A stretch of 64,000 nucleotides of DNA from Amoebidium appalachense (lineage: Eukaryota; Protista; Ichthyosporea): NCBI GenBank assembly GCA_963693365.1, contig CAVNZM010000001.1, positions 11,930,161 to 11,994,160 of the forward strand, in the 5' to 3' direction. The position numbers and the translations under genes were made by a program. The notes under the pieces were generated by a model. That model was not told the DNA's origin. It ran no database searches and saw only the letters and a list, made by a program, of their open reading frames with translations. Positions 1 to 10,807 of this stretch are shown here, one piece after another. Every line of letters starts with the position of its first letter. Positions within the stretch are counted from its first letter, which is position 1.

Positions 1-127
1 GGGGGCAGAGAGCATGCAGGTGGCCCTCCAGAGCCTGAAGGTGAGCATGGATAGGCTGGGAGCCAGTGCTGTGCGTGTGGCTGTTTTTTTTGTTTGTTTG
101 TTTGTTTGTTTGTTTTTTTTTTTTTTT

Positions 128-158
<31 letters not shown>

Positions 159-206
159 GGTAGGTTGTCGCACGGGACTGGCGGGCGCCGGGAGTAAGGG
201 GGAGGG

Positions 207-237
<31 letters not shown>

Positions 238-884
238 ATATTGTGATGCATGAAGAATAAGATATAACATGGTAGTGGTGATTGCAGGGTTGTAGGTTGG
301 CTGGTGTATCGATAGCCCACCGGAGAAACCGGGAGGTGTGTGTGTGTGGGAGGGGGGGGGGGGAGAGGAAGGAGGGGGGGGGGGGGGGGGGGGGATAATG
401 TGGGAATGCTTCCTTCTTGTCCCCCCATAGGCAGTCCTTGTGTGACACTCATTTTGTGTGCAAGCCCATGTATAAACGTTTAGGCAGTATTGCGGTATTT
501 GTCCTTTCTTACCATTTTCTAACATGAGATGCATAGACCCTCCCCTCCCCCCTCACCTCCCCCCTGGGCGCCCACGCTTGTGCCATGTTACCGTTATGCG
601 TTTGCACTTCATACTTCATCCGGCACGCAATCCGGCTCTCTTCCCTCGTTCTCCAGCTACCTCCACACACACACACACGCATGCATTTAAATTTACACTC
701 ATGCTCGCAGACACACACATACAAACACACCCTCACACACGCGCGCAGACACACATATACACACACTCAGGTACACACACACACGTACACACACACACAT
801 ACTGTGTGTGTGAACATACACACACACTCACTAACTCCCACACAGGAGCTTCTGCCTGCCGGTGACGAAAAAAATTCGGCATGA
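1..884 (+). CDS. 3' end of an unidentified spliced gene (last two coding exons: <1-40 and 846-884)
   Basis: Frame GAESMQVALQSLK ends at donor AAG|GTGAGC (41). Acceptor CTAACTCCCACACAG|GAG (branch point CTAAC) at 845 opens the phase-0 exon ELLPAGDEKNSA-TGA. No family recognisable. Confidence 0.55.
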
Positions 885-974
885 AATATTCGACCATTTC
901 AGCTTTGAGCTCCACGGATTACAAGGATACATATATATCATGTTGATAGCCATTGTGATACATGCGCATGCGAG

Positions 975-1027
<53 letters not shown>

Positions 1028-2232
1028 CATACAAAAGGCACGAATGATGAAACTGTTCACGTACAAAGGGAAAATTCAGGTCAACGAAGTGAAAATAGTT
1101 GATCTAGTCTAAGATGCGTCTAACAGAATCCACGTTTGTAATCTGTTTTTGTTACAGTCACAAGTTGGCCTAGTGTGTAGTGAGATAGTGTTCGTGGCAT
1201 TCCGATCACGATCCGATCTAATCGTTCGATCATACGAGTGATCCGCCCGTACGTCCAGGGGGGAGGGGGGAGGGGGGGGGGGGGTATGATGAGATCTTTT
1301 GCGTTCCTGCTGTTCTTATAGCTTGTGGTTTGGATTTTTCCCTTTTCTTTCTTCTTTGTGTTCATGCGAGTGTGTGAGCTCGAGAGCGATAACACGACGT
1401 AGGGCGAGGGGTCTCAATCGCTCGAATGAACGAATGTTTTGCTATTTTACCCCTGAGATATCTGAGATGTCGCGTATTTCTGTCTTTTTGAGCAGATCAT
1501 TAAAGTCATAACTATTTATTTTTTTTTTTTCAAGCGTAAAAATAAAATACGTGCATGGCATGGCGTAACCAATAATCCCCCCCCCTCTGCATACTCTTTA
1601 TGTACGGTTTGCACTCTGCATCGTGTTATCCGTTGTTCATGTGTACTTTGTACTTTATGACGCATCCCCCCCCCTCCCCCCCCCGGAAAGCCTAGTCAAA
1701 ATTGGTGTGGTGTCATAGTAATCTTGAGTCTCATTTTCGTTCCCCCTGGCTCCCCATTACATACGAGCGGGGCAAAGGTATATCATTAGCAACAATGGCA
1801 ACAACTGATAATTTCATTTCAACGGTCCTTTATTTTTTCTCTTCCTTTCACAACCCAGCTGTACATTCAGCAATACCGATCCCGTGGTATTATCACCCAT
1901 CATTTTCATCACAAGCTATTACTTTTGCACGCATGGGCTTCATACAGGGCTCAAACACATACACACACGACCCTAGCTCACTCTCTGACCTCCTTTCCTT
2001 TTCTCTAAATGTAGAATCCATTGAGCACACACCTACTAATACATTATCATTATCACACGTGTATTATTGTGCATATCTAATATCAGGTGTGTGCATTCAC
2101 CATAAAAGGCAAGTGCGTGCACGTGACATTTCTCCAATCACCGTCGGCATTTCCGCTGCACACGCAGTCTCCCCGCACCACCCAACCACCCAGCTTTCGA
2201 TTTTTGGCGGGAGGGGTTGGTGTGATATGGGG

Positions 2233-2304
2233 CCCGGTACTGTCGGTGTGGCAGGGGGCAAAGGCCTTTGTCCTGCACACGTCATACACAACATAGTGCC
2301 AGGG
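2233..2304 (-). promoter_or_regulatory. SECIS element (type II) in the 3'-UTR exon of selenoprotein W
   Basis: Minus strand: CCCTGGCACT..T ATGA C GTGTGCAGGAC AAA GGC CTTT GCC CCCTGCCACAC CGAC AGTACCGGG. AUGA (2285-2282) is followed by 12 nt, then unpaired AAA (2269-2267), then mini-helix GGC/GCC. The 3' GA is at 2244-2243. Helix II GTGTGCAGG pairs with CCTGCCACAC (one bulge) and helix I CCTGGCACT pairs with AGTACCGGG. Confidence 0.85.
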
Positions 2305-2500
2305 TGATGGTGACGTCACAGCATTCCACAGCCTATTGGCGGCATTGTCTGTGGTATATGTGATGGTGGAAGAGGGGGGGAGGAGCCGGGGGGGGGGGGG
2401 GGGGGGGGGAGGGGGAGGAGCGGAGGGGGGAGGGGAAGGGGGGAGGGGAAGGGGGCAGGGTGGAAAGGGTGGAGGGATGGGGGGAAGGGTGGAGGGAGGG

Positions 2501-2538
<38 letters not shown>

Positions 2539-2996
2539 AGTGATGTATGCATTGAAGGGCTGGAAATGTGGAGGAGACATCAAGGCGAAGGGGGGAGGGG
2601 GGGGGGGGGGGGGGGGGGGGTTAGAATGTGCTACCAAGTATGAAATACTTAATTATAACGCAGAACACAAATGCAAATTTTCCAAGGCATACACGAGGGG
2701 GGAGGGGGGAGGGGGGGTGATGTATGCGTTAGAGGGTTGGAAATATGGAGGAGATAACAAAGAGCAACAACAAAGCGTCACAAAGGTGGGAAATCCAAAA
2801 TCAAACAATTTAAGCGTGCAGGCAGAAGACACTTGAACAGAGCCCATAATCAGGGGGGAAGGGCGGGGGGGGAGGTGGGGGGGCAGAACGTGGTGCGCAC
2901 ACTGAAAGTAAGAGGCACAGATTCACGGCAATAGCGGATTATGTGATTGTGGGCCGTGGAAAAATAACCTTGATAATAATGAAACAAAAAAGAGGA

Positions 2997-3731
2997 GCCG
3001 CTGTGGCCGAGCGGGTAAGCTCCTCGCCTCCGACGCAGGAGGCACCGGGTTCGAATCATGGGATGTAGCGCATTGGGGATCGGATGCCCTGATGGGACTC
3101 GCCTGGGTGCAGAACTATGGCAATGGCCCTCTAAGCTAACTCCAACCGGGGTAGTCAAGGATCGGATGCCTTGGCTATTCCGGAAAGTTTTTTATTGCTT
3201 CATCGTTGTGATAAAGAGTATCATGGTAGGGCTCTTGAGCCTGTGCTTCTTTTTATATTAGAGACTCGTCTATTTTTTTTACAATCGTTGTGTAAATTGG
3301 CTACTTATATTTATCCTTCCACTCGTAAACCTACCACCCTTACCGATTTTGCAATTCTAACCCCTCCTTGTGACATAGCTTGGAAATGTTTATTTTGGCG
3401 CTGTAACCTTTGTTTCCATAAATGTTTGTGCCACTTTTGTGCAGAACCTTTTTCTCGTAAACACCTAGATAGATGTATTTATTCATCTCAGATTATTCCG
3501 TTAGAAATTAGAAGACTGGCTTATTTAGATAATCCTAATATTACGTCTATTGACTATCTGTTGAACCACGGTATGTTTAATGAGTTTTCTAGGGTGTATG
3601 ATTATTAAGTCGTTATCTCCTCCGTATCCGAGAGTGAGGGCTTTTGAATTTTCTTCTCCGAGATATCGATGATATCTCGATGGCTTCTATTTTGCTGAGC
3701 ATATCAATAAAGTCATTATTAATAAAAAAAA
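2997..3731 (+). mobile_element. tRNA-derived SINE-like element with LINE-like 3' tail, antisense inside the SelW 3'-UTR intron
   Basis: A box TGGCCGAGCGG (3004-3014) and B box GGTTCGAATC (3048-3057) with a broken cloverleaf. It is followed by open frame 3171-3608 containing C-x2-C-x7-H-x3-C (CHFCAEPFSRKHLDRC), a 9-bp hairpin (3659-3679), AATAAA and an A-rich tail (3706-3731). Confidence 0.6.
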
Positions 3732-4370
3732 TTACACACCAGGTCCGCAATTTTAGTAGAACCCATCCTCGGGGGTGGTTTGGGGGGGGGGGGGGGGGGG
3801 GGGGGGAGGGGGGGTACACAATAAAGTATCAACATAAGCAGAGCCCGAGGCTCCAGACAGTGGGGAAAAAGCGCGGGGAGAGGGGGGTTTTGAATGCGTC
3901 AAAAAGTACGAAGTACACAAGAACAAACGGATAACACGATGCAAAATGCAAGCCATACATAAAGAGTATGCATAATAAGCAGAGCCCATCCTCAGGGGGG
4001 GCCCACGTCATCCACAGTACCCGAGTTTCGACCTATTCCCCTCGTTAACGAAACCCAACTCAGATACTGTTTCACTGAGGGGGGGGGGAGGGGGGGGGGG
4101 GGGGGGGGGGGGGTAAAGACGGGTATTGAGTGTACAAGGCGCGCAATACCCGGGAAACAAAAAATGGAAATAATGCGGTGGTGGTGGTGGGTGGTAGACA
4201 CGGGAAAGGCTTTGGGGGAGGGGAGGGGGGGGGGGGGGGGGGGGGGACGTCTCACCAGTTTTTTTCCTATTAAAGAGAGGGCGAGAGGGGGGTGAGGTGG
4301 GGAATAGGGGGGAAGGGGAGGGGCATGCTTCATGAATCGAGCAAGAACAAATGAGAACACACCTGTTTGT

Positions 4371-4696
4371 TCAGGCGTCAAGCACCTCGTTCACTGCAGC
4401 AACCACAGCAGCCACCTGACTTACGTCGGGAAACCGCTGGCCTCCAATCTTGCTGTGAACGAGCTTGCCGTTCACCGTCACCTCGAACTTGCCCTTAACG
4501 GTCGGGGTACCCTGAGCATGGAAAGAAAGGGAAGGAGGGGCGGCAAAGGGGAGGGAGAGGAGAAAAAGGGAAAGAGGAGGGTAGAGTTTTCGGTTAAAAT
4601 ACAGAGGGGAAAGATGAAGGGGTGATACCCGATGTATACGAAGTGGAACCAGGGTAGAGGTGGCTGTATGTCTGTGTGGGAGGAGGTTGCGGGAAA

Positions 4697-4734
<38 letters not shown>

Positions 4735-5029
4735 ATGAGACAGAAGGCGAAACGTCCTCTCCCAGGCCAGGACTTGACAGCACGACCAGAACTTGGAGGT
4801 GAGGGGGAGGGGGGAGGGGAGGAGGGGAAGAGGGAGGCCCCAAGGGGGGAGAGGGGGAGGGGGGGGGGGGGAGGGGGGGGTTCTGCTTGCCTCGGACGTG
4901 AAGACGACTTCGCTGTCGTCAAACTTGCATGCCGAGTTTGAAAGATTCCTTCTGGAAAGCAACAACCCGCTGGCCATAGCCTCAGGCGCCGCAGTACACA
5001 ACGTGCACATTAACGGGTGTGTTCGCCAT
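4371..5029 (-). CDS. SELENOW: Selenoprotein W (Rdx family, CxxU); coding exons 5029-4891 and 4511-4371; one apparent +1 indel in exon 1
   Basis: MANTPVNVHVVYCGA-TGA(4984-4982)-GYGQRVVAFQKE..KFDDSEVVFTSE|GTPTVKGKFEVTVNGKLVHSKIGGQRFPDVSQVAAVVAAVNEVLDA matches the SelW pattern VVYCGAUGY...EGTP..G.FEV.V.GKL.HSK. GC-AG intron 4890-4512 (GAG|GCAAGC...CTCAG|). 3'-UTR intron 4362-2349 leads to the SECIS. Confidence 0.92.
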
Positions 5030-5512
5030 GTTGAACGCTGCTGAAATATGACCGCACAAGTGGTGGATTACAGACGTTGATAAAAAATGGACGCTGTAAG
5101 GGGAACAAGCAGCTAGAGAGAGTGGTGCCTTGTTTGTGTTTCTGTTTGTGTTAGGGAAATGAAAACGGAGTGAAACGTTACCGTCCGGACCTGTTACTGT
5201 AACTAAAGTTTTAACCTGATTTTATAATTAGTTTGTTTCTAACAGCTTTTTAAAAGCCCTTTGACCAGCTTCCTTTATAAACTTTAAAGCACTTCTTAGT
5301 AATTGATCTATTGCCGGTGTAAGTGACCGTTGCACGGTAACGCAGCTCGGTAACTATGAAGGCTTTTTTTTTTTTTTTTTTTTTTGCACACTTTTTTTTT
5401 TGCGCACTCACCTCTTCGAGTCATTTTGTTCCCGAAGTTTTCTCTTCAACTTTACCTATATGCTTTTTTGTATAGCGAACGCAGCGTATAATTTGCGGGC
5501 TGCAAAGTGGAA

Positions 5513-7123
5513 ATGGCCACTGAAACACCAACACCATTACCACCAGACCCGTACGTACACCGGGAAGTAAGTGGTGGCGAGTACATGAACGTGCTTTTGA
5601 ACCAACTTCGGCCTGGTGCACTTAATCTCTTGGTGTCTGGGGAGCTAGTGCCAAAGAATTACGAAATCCCTCACGGCGCATTAGAGGAACCCAAAATTCT
5701 GGCGATAATTGGTAAGCTATGCAACATACACTGCCACTTGCAACTAACAGTAAGCAAAGATGGCAAGTTTGTGCGTTATAACATGGACGACCAGAGTTTT
5801 CAAGACTCGAACTACGCAGATGTCATTATCCGCCGGAAAGTAACCTACAAACCAGAGGGGGAAGAAGGTGCTAACGGCGAAGAAGTCAGCGAGAAGCATT
5901 TCCAGACGCACATGAACGCTTTGACGAACGAGCTTTTTGACTTTTCCTTCACCAACTTGCCCTTGCCACCCCTACTACGTGTCGGTGTTTTGACTCTCTC
6001 CCCTGTTGGCGAAATGGGTACTCAAAACATGAAAACCCGCTACGGGCTTGTGATCGCCGTTCCCCACTTCATAAGTGACTTGCAAGGCGCAGCCACTGTT
6101 TTCTTGGACTTGGCGCTTCTTATTAGAGGCATACCCGTGCAGGAGCCCGCCCCAGGGGTTAAAGCCGTCTCACCCCCCACTGCCTTGGAGTTAGTACCGA
6201 AATATAGACGGGGTATGTTTCGTTTTTTCTTTCAAGGAGGTTTGGGTGCCTTCAAGAAACACATGGCAAGCGACCCGCTCTCATCCTTCGGCCCTCAAAC
6301 GTTGCCTACCGAAGTGCGAAAGGGAGGGATCGAAGGAGACGGCTCATCTCCCATCGATAACACCAGCGCAGTCAGATTCCTGTCAGCAAACCATGTTGCA
6401 TCGTTACTAAGTGAAACCAAGAAACGGAGCGTCAAACTAACGGGGGTGCTTATGGCAGCAAATGCTATTGCTCACGCTACCCTTCTCCAAACGCACGGGA
6501 ACGACAAGCTAAAAGCGCATCTGGCAAGTCAGGCGGCTAAAGGACACGACAAAGCCGCGGTTCGGGTCAACACGGTGTGCCCGGTTGATTTTCGCCGGAG
6601 AGTTACTCCGCCTTTAACGGGTATTGTGGCGCACATGTCCTACTCTGTTGCGTGCGAAGCAATGGTGAATGTGAACACGAAAGGAAAACGAGATGAATCA
6701 TTGGGAGTAGATGTGAAAGAGTTCTGGCAGGTTGCAGAGGCAGAACATGCGGCACTGCACCAGCAACTAGAGCACGAGCATTATTGGTGGGGCGCAGCGA
6801 TATTCGATTCCATGCCTCAGTGGTTGTGCAAGAAAATGGCGACATCACTCTCACCGACAGGAAATGCAAAGCCAAGCGACATCATTTTTGGAATTGGAAA
6901 CATTGGAATGGTCGATGATAGTAATGATCGCCCTCGGGCCACCGCAACACTGAAAAATGTGGCATTGTTCTTTCATGCCAACCCAGGGTTTTACCTCTCG
7001 GCCATTACAACATCGACCGGAATGGGCATTTCAGTCACGGGAACTGTGAATGCGGAAACACGTAACCGGCATATTGACATGGTCATTGCGATTCTGATGG
7101 CAGTTGCCGGTGCCAGCAGTTAG
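5513..7123 (+). CDS. CoA-dependent acyltransferase, condensation-domain / alcohol acetyltransferase-like, intronless, 536 aa
   Basis: Long clean ORF with first ATG at 5513. HxxxD motif in LVIAVPHFISDLQG (6065-6088), second-domain motif CPVDFRRR (~6578-6601) and a late GIGNIG (SNxG-like) segment, all typical of the CAT-like/condensation fold. Confidence 0.75.
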   Translation: MATETPTPLPPDPYVHREVSGGEYMNVLLNQLRPGALNLLVSGELVPKNYEIPHGALEEPKILAIIGKLCNIHCHLQLTVSKDGKFVRYNMDDQSFQDSNYADVIIRRKVTYKPEGEEGANGEEVSEKHFQTHMNALTNELFDFSFTNLPLPPLLRVGVLTLSPVGEMGTQNMKTRYGLVIAVPHFISDLQGAATVFLDLALLIRGIPVQEPAPGVKAVSPPTALELVPKYRRGMFRFFFQGGLGAFKKHMASDPLSSFGPQTLPTEVRKGGIEGDGSSPIDNTSAVRFLSANHVASLLSETKKRSVKLTGVLMAANAIAHATLLQTHGNDKLKAHLASQAAKGHDKAAVRVNTVCPVDFRRRVTPPLTGIVAHMSYSVACEAMVNVNTKGKRDESLGVDVKEFWQVAEAEHAALHQQLEHEHYWWGAAIFDSMPQWLCKKMATSLSPTGNAKPSDIIFGIGNIGMVDDSNDRPRATATLKNVALFFHANPGFYLSAITTSTGMGISVTGTVNAETRNRHIDMVIAILMAVAGASS

Positions 7124-7678
7124 AGTTCGATATTTGTTATTGCATATTTGCTTTTGCAAAGTTCCAAGCGTGCAGAGATATTGGGTGTGATTTGGGACTT
7201 GGTGCTGTTCGTACCTGTTGTGATATCATTACTGTTATGATAGAATAGTCTATCTGTTTATTCCTGCTCTTCCCAGTCACTGCTCCCGCCTAACCTGCCC
7301 CTGCGTACTTGGGTACCGCCTGGGGCCGCATACGCCAGGAACCATAACTGTCTTCCTATTGGCTAGTACATAATCCCGATTTATCCTGAGAGACTATCTG
7401 TAATCATATTGGACGATGTATTCGCAGACTGGCATCCGCGCCGCAGGTATATAAAGCATCCGGACCATCCTCAGATGGTACCGGAGGATCCGAGATCTCA
7501 AACCACTTCCTGCGTACCTCTCTACTCTCGATCCGCTTGTTGGAAGGGATTGTCTCTTACAGAGGTCACAGGACCGAATCCTGCCTCTGCCACATTTATT
7601 CTGATAATTACCCGGACATGGCATTGGGGCATGTGGTTTTTCTTTTTATTTATTTATTTTCTTTTTTTTTTTGGTCCC

Positions 7679-7713
<35 letters not shown>

Positions 7714-8190
7714 GGGGGGGGGGGGGGGGGGGGGGGGGTTCAAGCATATTAGTATGAATGCTTTTTGTTGAGTATTGTATCAAATCCGAGTTAGCTTTAC
7801 CTCTTGGCTGTATATGTACGTTTAATATAGTTGCTTTAGTACTGTTTGCTTTTGATTAATTACGGAGCTAACTAGCTATTAGTGTCGTGCATGTCCATCA
7901 TGCATGTGATTATAAGTTTTAAATAAATAATAGTTCGCGAGCGCGAAGCTCAGCCGCATCTTTGAGTGTATTAGTGACCATGGGCCAAGTCGAGTCCCAC
8001 TCATAATCATTTCGTGCATATTTAAACACTGCAATTGTACAGTACATATAAACTTTAAATTAATTTGGCGGCATCAAGTACATGCTTACGATTTGGTGCC
8101 ATGCGGTCTTTCACTTATAAACCAATCTGCATATGAAAATGTGTCGATATGTTTGCACCTACCAGTTACGGCCGACCGACACGGCCCCCA

Positions 8191-8287
<97 letters not shown>

Positions 8288-8305
8288 TGCATACACACAA
8301 CCCTC

Positions 8306-9154
8306 CCACCACCCAACCCGACCAAAACACAGTGGCAAAAGCCCTGACGTCACAACCCTGCATGCCCGAACCCAGCCACCACCACCAGTCACCAAGGACA
8401 CAAGTGCGAAAAAACACTTAGAGAGACACAGACATTTGCGCACATGCCCTACGGTAGACATGTACGATTGAATTCGAATCTGATCATGTGGTAAACTTTA
8501 GACCCTCCCCTTCCCTAGAATTCGAAGTTGAATTTGGGGGGGGGGGCTCTAGATCTTGTGGATGGGCCTTAAATGCTTTTCCAATCCCATGGTTACCCTC
8601 CCCTAACTGTATATCAGTTGCCATGCATGTACATGCTCTGAAACAATGACCCCCCCCCCCATCCCCCTCCCTCTCTTCTCCCTTCCAGCCCAGACACTAT
8701 TTTTTCATTTTTTACAAGACAGTGCCCCCCCTCCCTCCCCCCCCCCCCTCCCCGGCCCCCCCTCTCCGCCTTCTCCTTCTCCCCCAAGCCTCCAGACAAG
8801 GCACTGTTTTTAATTTTTTAACATGATAGCCCCCCTCCCCCCCCCTCTCCCCTCCCCCCCCCCCGGGGCCCCCCAAAACCCAACTTTTGCTCGAGCACCT
8901 CATCCCTTCCCCCCTGTAGTCAAGCAAACTCAACTTCGAATTCTAGGGAAGGGGAGGGTCTAAAGTTTACCACATGATCAGATTCGAAGTCAATTGTACA
9001 TGTCTACCGTAGGGCATGTGCGCAAATGTCTGTGTCTCTCTGTGTGTTTTTCGCACTTGTGTCCTTGGTGACTGGTGGTGGTGGCTGGGTTCGGGCATGC
9101 AGGGTTGTGACGTCAGGGCTTTTGCCACTGTGTTTTGGTCGGGTTGGGTGGTGG
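8306..9154. repeat. Inverted repeat, ~230-bp arms (8306-8536 and 8925-9154)
   Basis: CCACCACCCAACCCGACCAAAACACAGTGGC...CCCTAGAATTCGAAGTTGA recurs as its reverse complement with only a few substitutions. Confidence 0.95.
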
Positions 9155-9489
9155 TGGGGGGGGGGGGGGGGGGGGGGGGGGCTCTAGATCTTGTGGATGG
9201 GCCTTAAATGCCTTTCCAATCCCATGGTTACCCTCCCCTAACTGCATATCAGTTGCCATGCATGTACATGCTCTGAAACAATGACCCCCCCCCCCCCCCC
9301 CCCCCCATCCCCCTCCCTCTTCTCTCCCTTCCAGCCCAGACACTATTTTTAATTTTTTACAAGACAGTCCCCCCCCCCCCCCCCCCCTCTCCGCCTTCCC
9401 CTTCTCCCCCAAGCTTCCAGACAAGGCACTGTTTTAATTTTTTAACATGATAGCTGCCCCCCCCCCCCCCCCCCCCCCCCCCGGGGCCC
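8546..9489 (+). repeat. Direct repeat, ~310-325 bp (8546-8870 and 9181-9489)
   Basis: GCTCTAGATCTTGTGGATGGGCCTTAAATGC...AACATGATAGC...CCGGGGCCCC occurs twice; the copies differ mainly in C-run lengths. Confidence 0.93.
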
Positions 9490-9914
9490 ATTTTTTTGGT
9501 GTGGAAATGGGGCACTGCATCATCTTTGCGTTTCACCATATGCCAGCATAACCACATGCACTCTACACCATTGTTCGCACGAACCGAAATTTAAAATGCC
9601 CATCTTTGTATCGGTGGAAATCTCGGGTTCGATCTATTATCCATATATGGTAACCACGACAACCTATGAATCGCAGTTGGATTTTTTTGTTGCGCCTCAT
9701 GGCATCCCATAACTGTGTGCACGGTGGCTGCCAGCTTATCACTTTGCTCTGCAAGGTCCCTCCTATGAGTCCTATCAGGTGCGAAAAGGGGGGGGGGGGG
9801 GGGGGGGGGGGGGGGGAAGTGTGGAGAGGGGAAAGGGAAGGGGGGGGAAAGGAGGGGGATGCGCAGTGTGGAGAGGGGAAAGGGACGGGTTTGGGGGGGG
9901 GGGGGGGGGGGGGA

Positions 9915-9992
9915 GGCAAAGCATGGAGAGGGGAAAGGGCTGGGGGGAGGGGGGGAGGTGGGGAAGGCAAAGCGTGGAGAAGGGAAAAGGCT

Positions 9993-10031
<39 letters not shown>

Positions 10032-10576
10032 GGCAACGTGGAGAGAGGAAAATGCAGAGGGGAGGGGGGGGGGGGGAGGGGGGGGGGCTGTAAACTAGGG
10101 GTGACGGAAGGGACGAAGAGAAGGAAGGGAATAGCAGAGGGACTCTGCGAAATCAACGCACAACGGAACAAGAGTCGGAACATGAACATGGTTTTCATTT
10201 CAGCTCCAGCCAGCTAGGGAATCTTGTTTCCGGAGCTCTCGAGCCCTACATAAACAAGAAAGAAACAATCTAAGGTGTGTCGTGTAGGCTAGCCGGACAA
10301 ATCTTAACTGTTCCCAATTTTCTAGCGCTAGAATCTTATATTCGAAAAATATTATATTTAGCATATCCCTGTATTTTAAAAAGACAAAGACGAGAGGGAG
10401 AGCAAGGAGAAGAAGGAACCTTGAAAAGCGAAGCTGGCGACGGCGGATATAAAAAAGGGCTGTTGGGAAAAGGTAAATAAAACACTTCAGCAAACATCAC
10501 TGTAGAATGGTTTTACGTGACAGCAGTGTCAAGCCAGGCACACTAGTTGTGTATGTGGTTGTCTTGTGTTTTGAGG
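9915..10576 (+). repeat. Dispersed repeat family Z, copy 1 (copy 2 at ~18371-18809)
   Basis: Collinear diverged blocks are shared: GGCAAAGCATGGAG, ACTAGGG, GCACA.CG.AACAAGAG, AAAGC(C)GAAGCTGG, AGCAAACAT.ACT.TA, GTCAAG..GTTGTGT.T.TGG.TGTC..TTTGAGG. Confidence 0.6.
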
Positions 10577-10743
10577 GGAGGGAGCGAGGAGGGGGGGGGG
10601 GGGGGGGGGGGGGAGGACGGAGGAGAGGAGGGAGGGAGGAAGGCCCGGGAATTTCAAAGTGAAGATTGAAAGGCAACCTCTAAAATCTTAAAGAGGGGCG
10701 AAGAAAGGGAAGCAGGGAAGGAAGATGGAAGGGGAAGTGAGGG

Positions 10744-10807
<64 letters not shown>

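Noticed and set aside
1702-2307. 201-aa plus-strand ORF
   Set aside because: No recognisable motif, non-ATG start, and antisense to the SelW 3'-UTR exon.
2997-3070. Functional tRNA-Arg(CCG)
   Set aside because: The acceptor stem does not close and the D, anticodon and T stems are disrupted; treated as a SINE head.
4300-4345. SECIS directly after the SelW stop (ATGAAGCATGCCC...)
   Set aside because: No apical AA and no complementary 3' strand with GA; it lies inside the predicted UTR intron.
7933-7948. Helitron 3' hairpin (TTCGCG-AG-CGCGAA); similar palindrome at 31486-31502
   Set aside because: No correctly spaced CTRR end, no 5' TC partner and no second copy in the window.
9563-9780. Coding exon or retroelement remnant (..GYHIWIIDRTRDF..)
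   Set aside because: Too short, with no convincing motif or splice partners.
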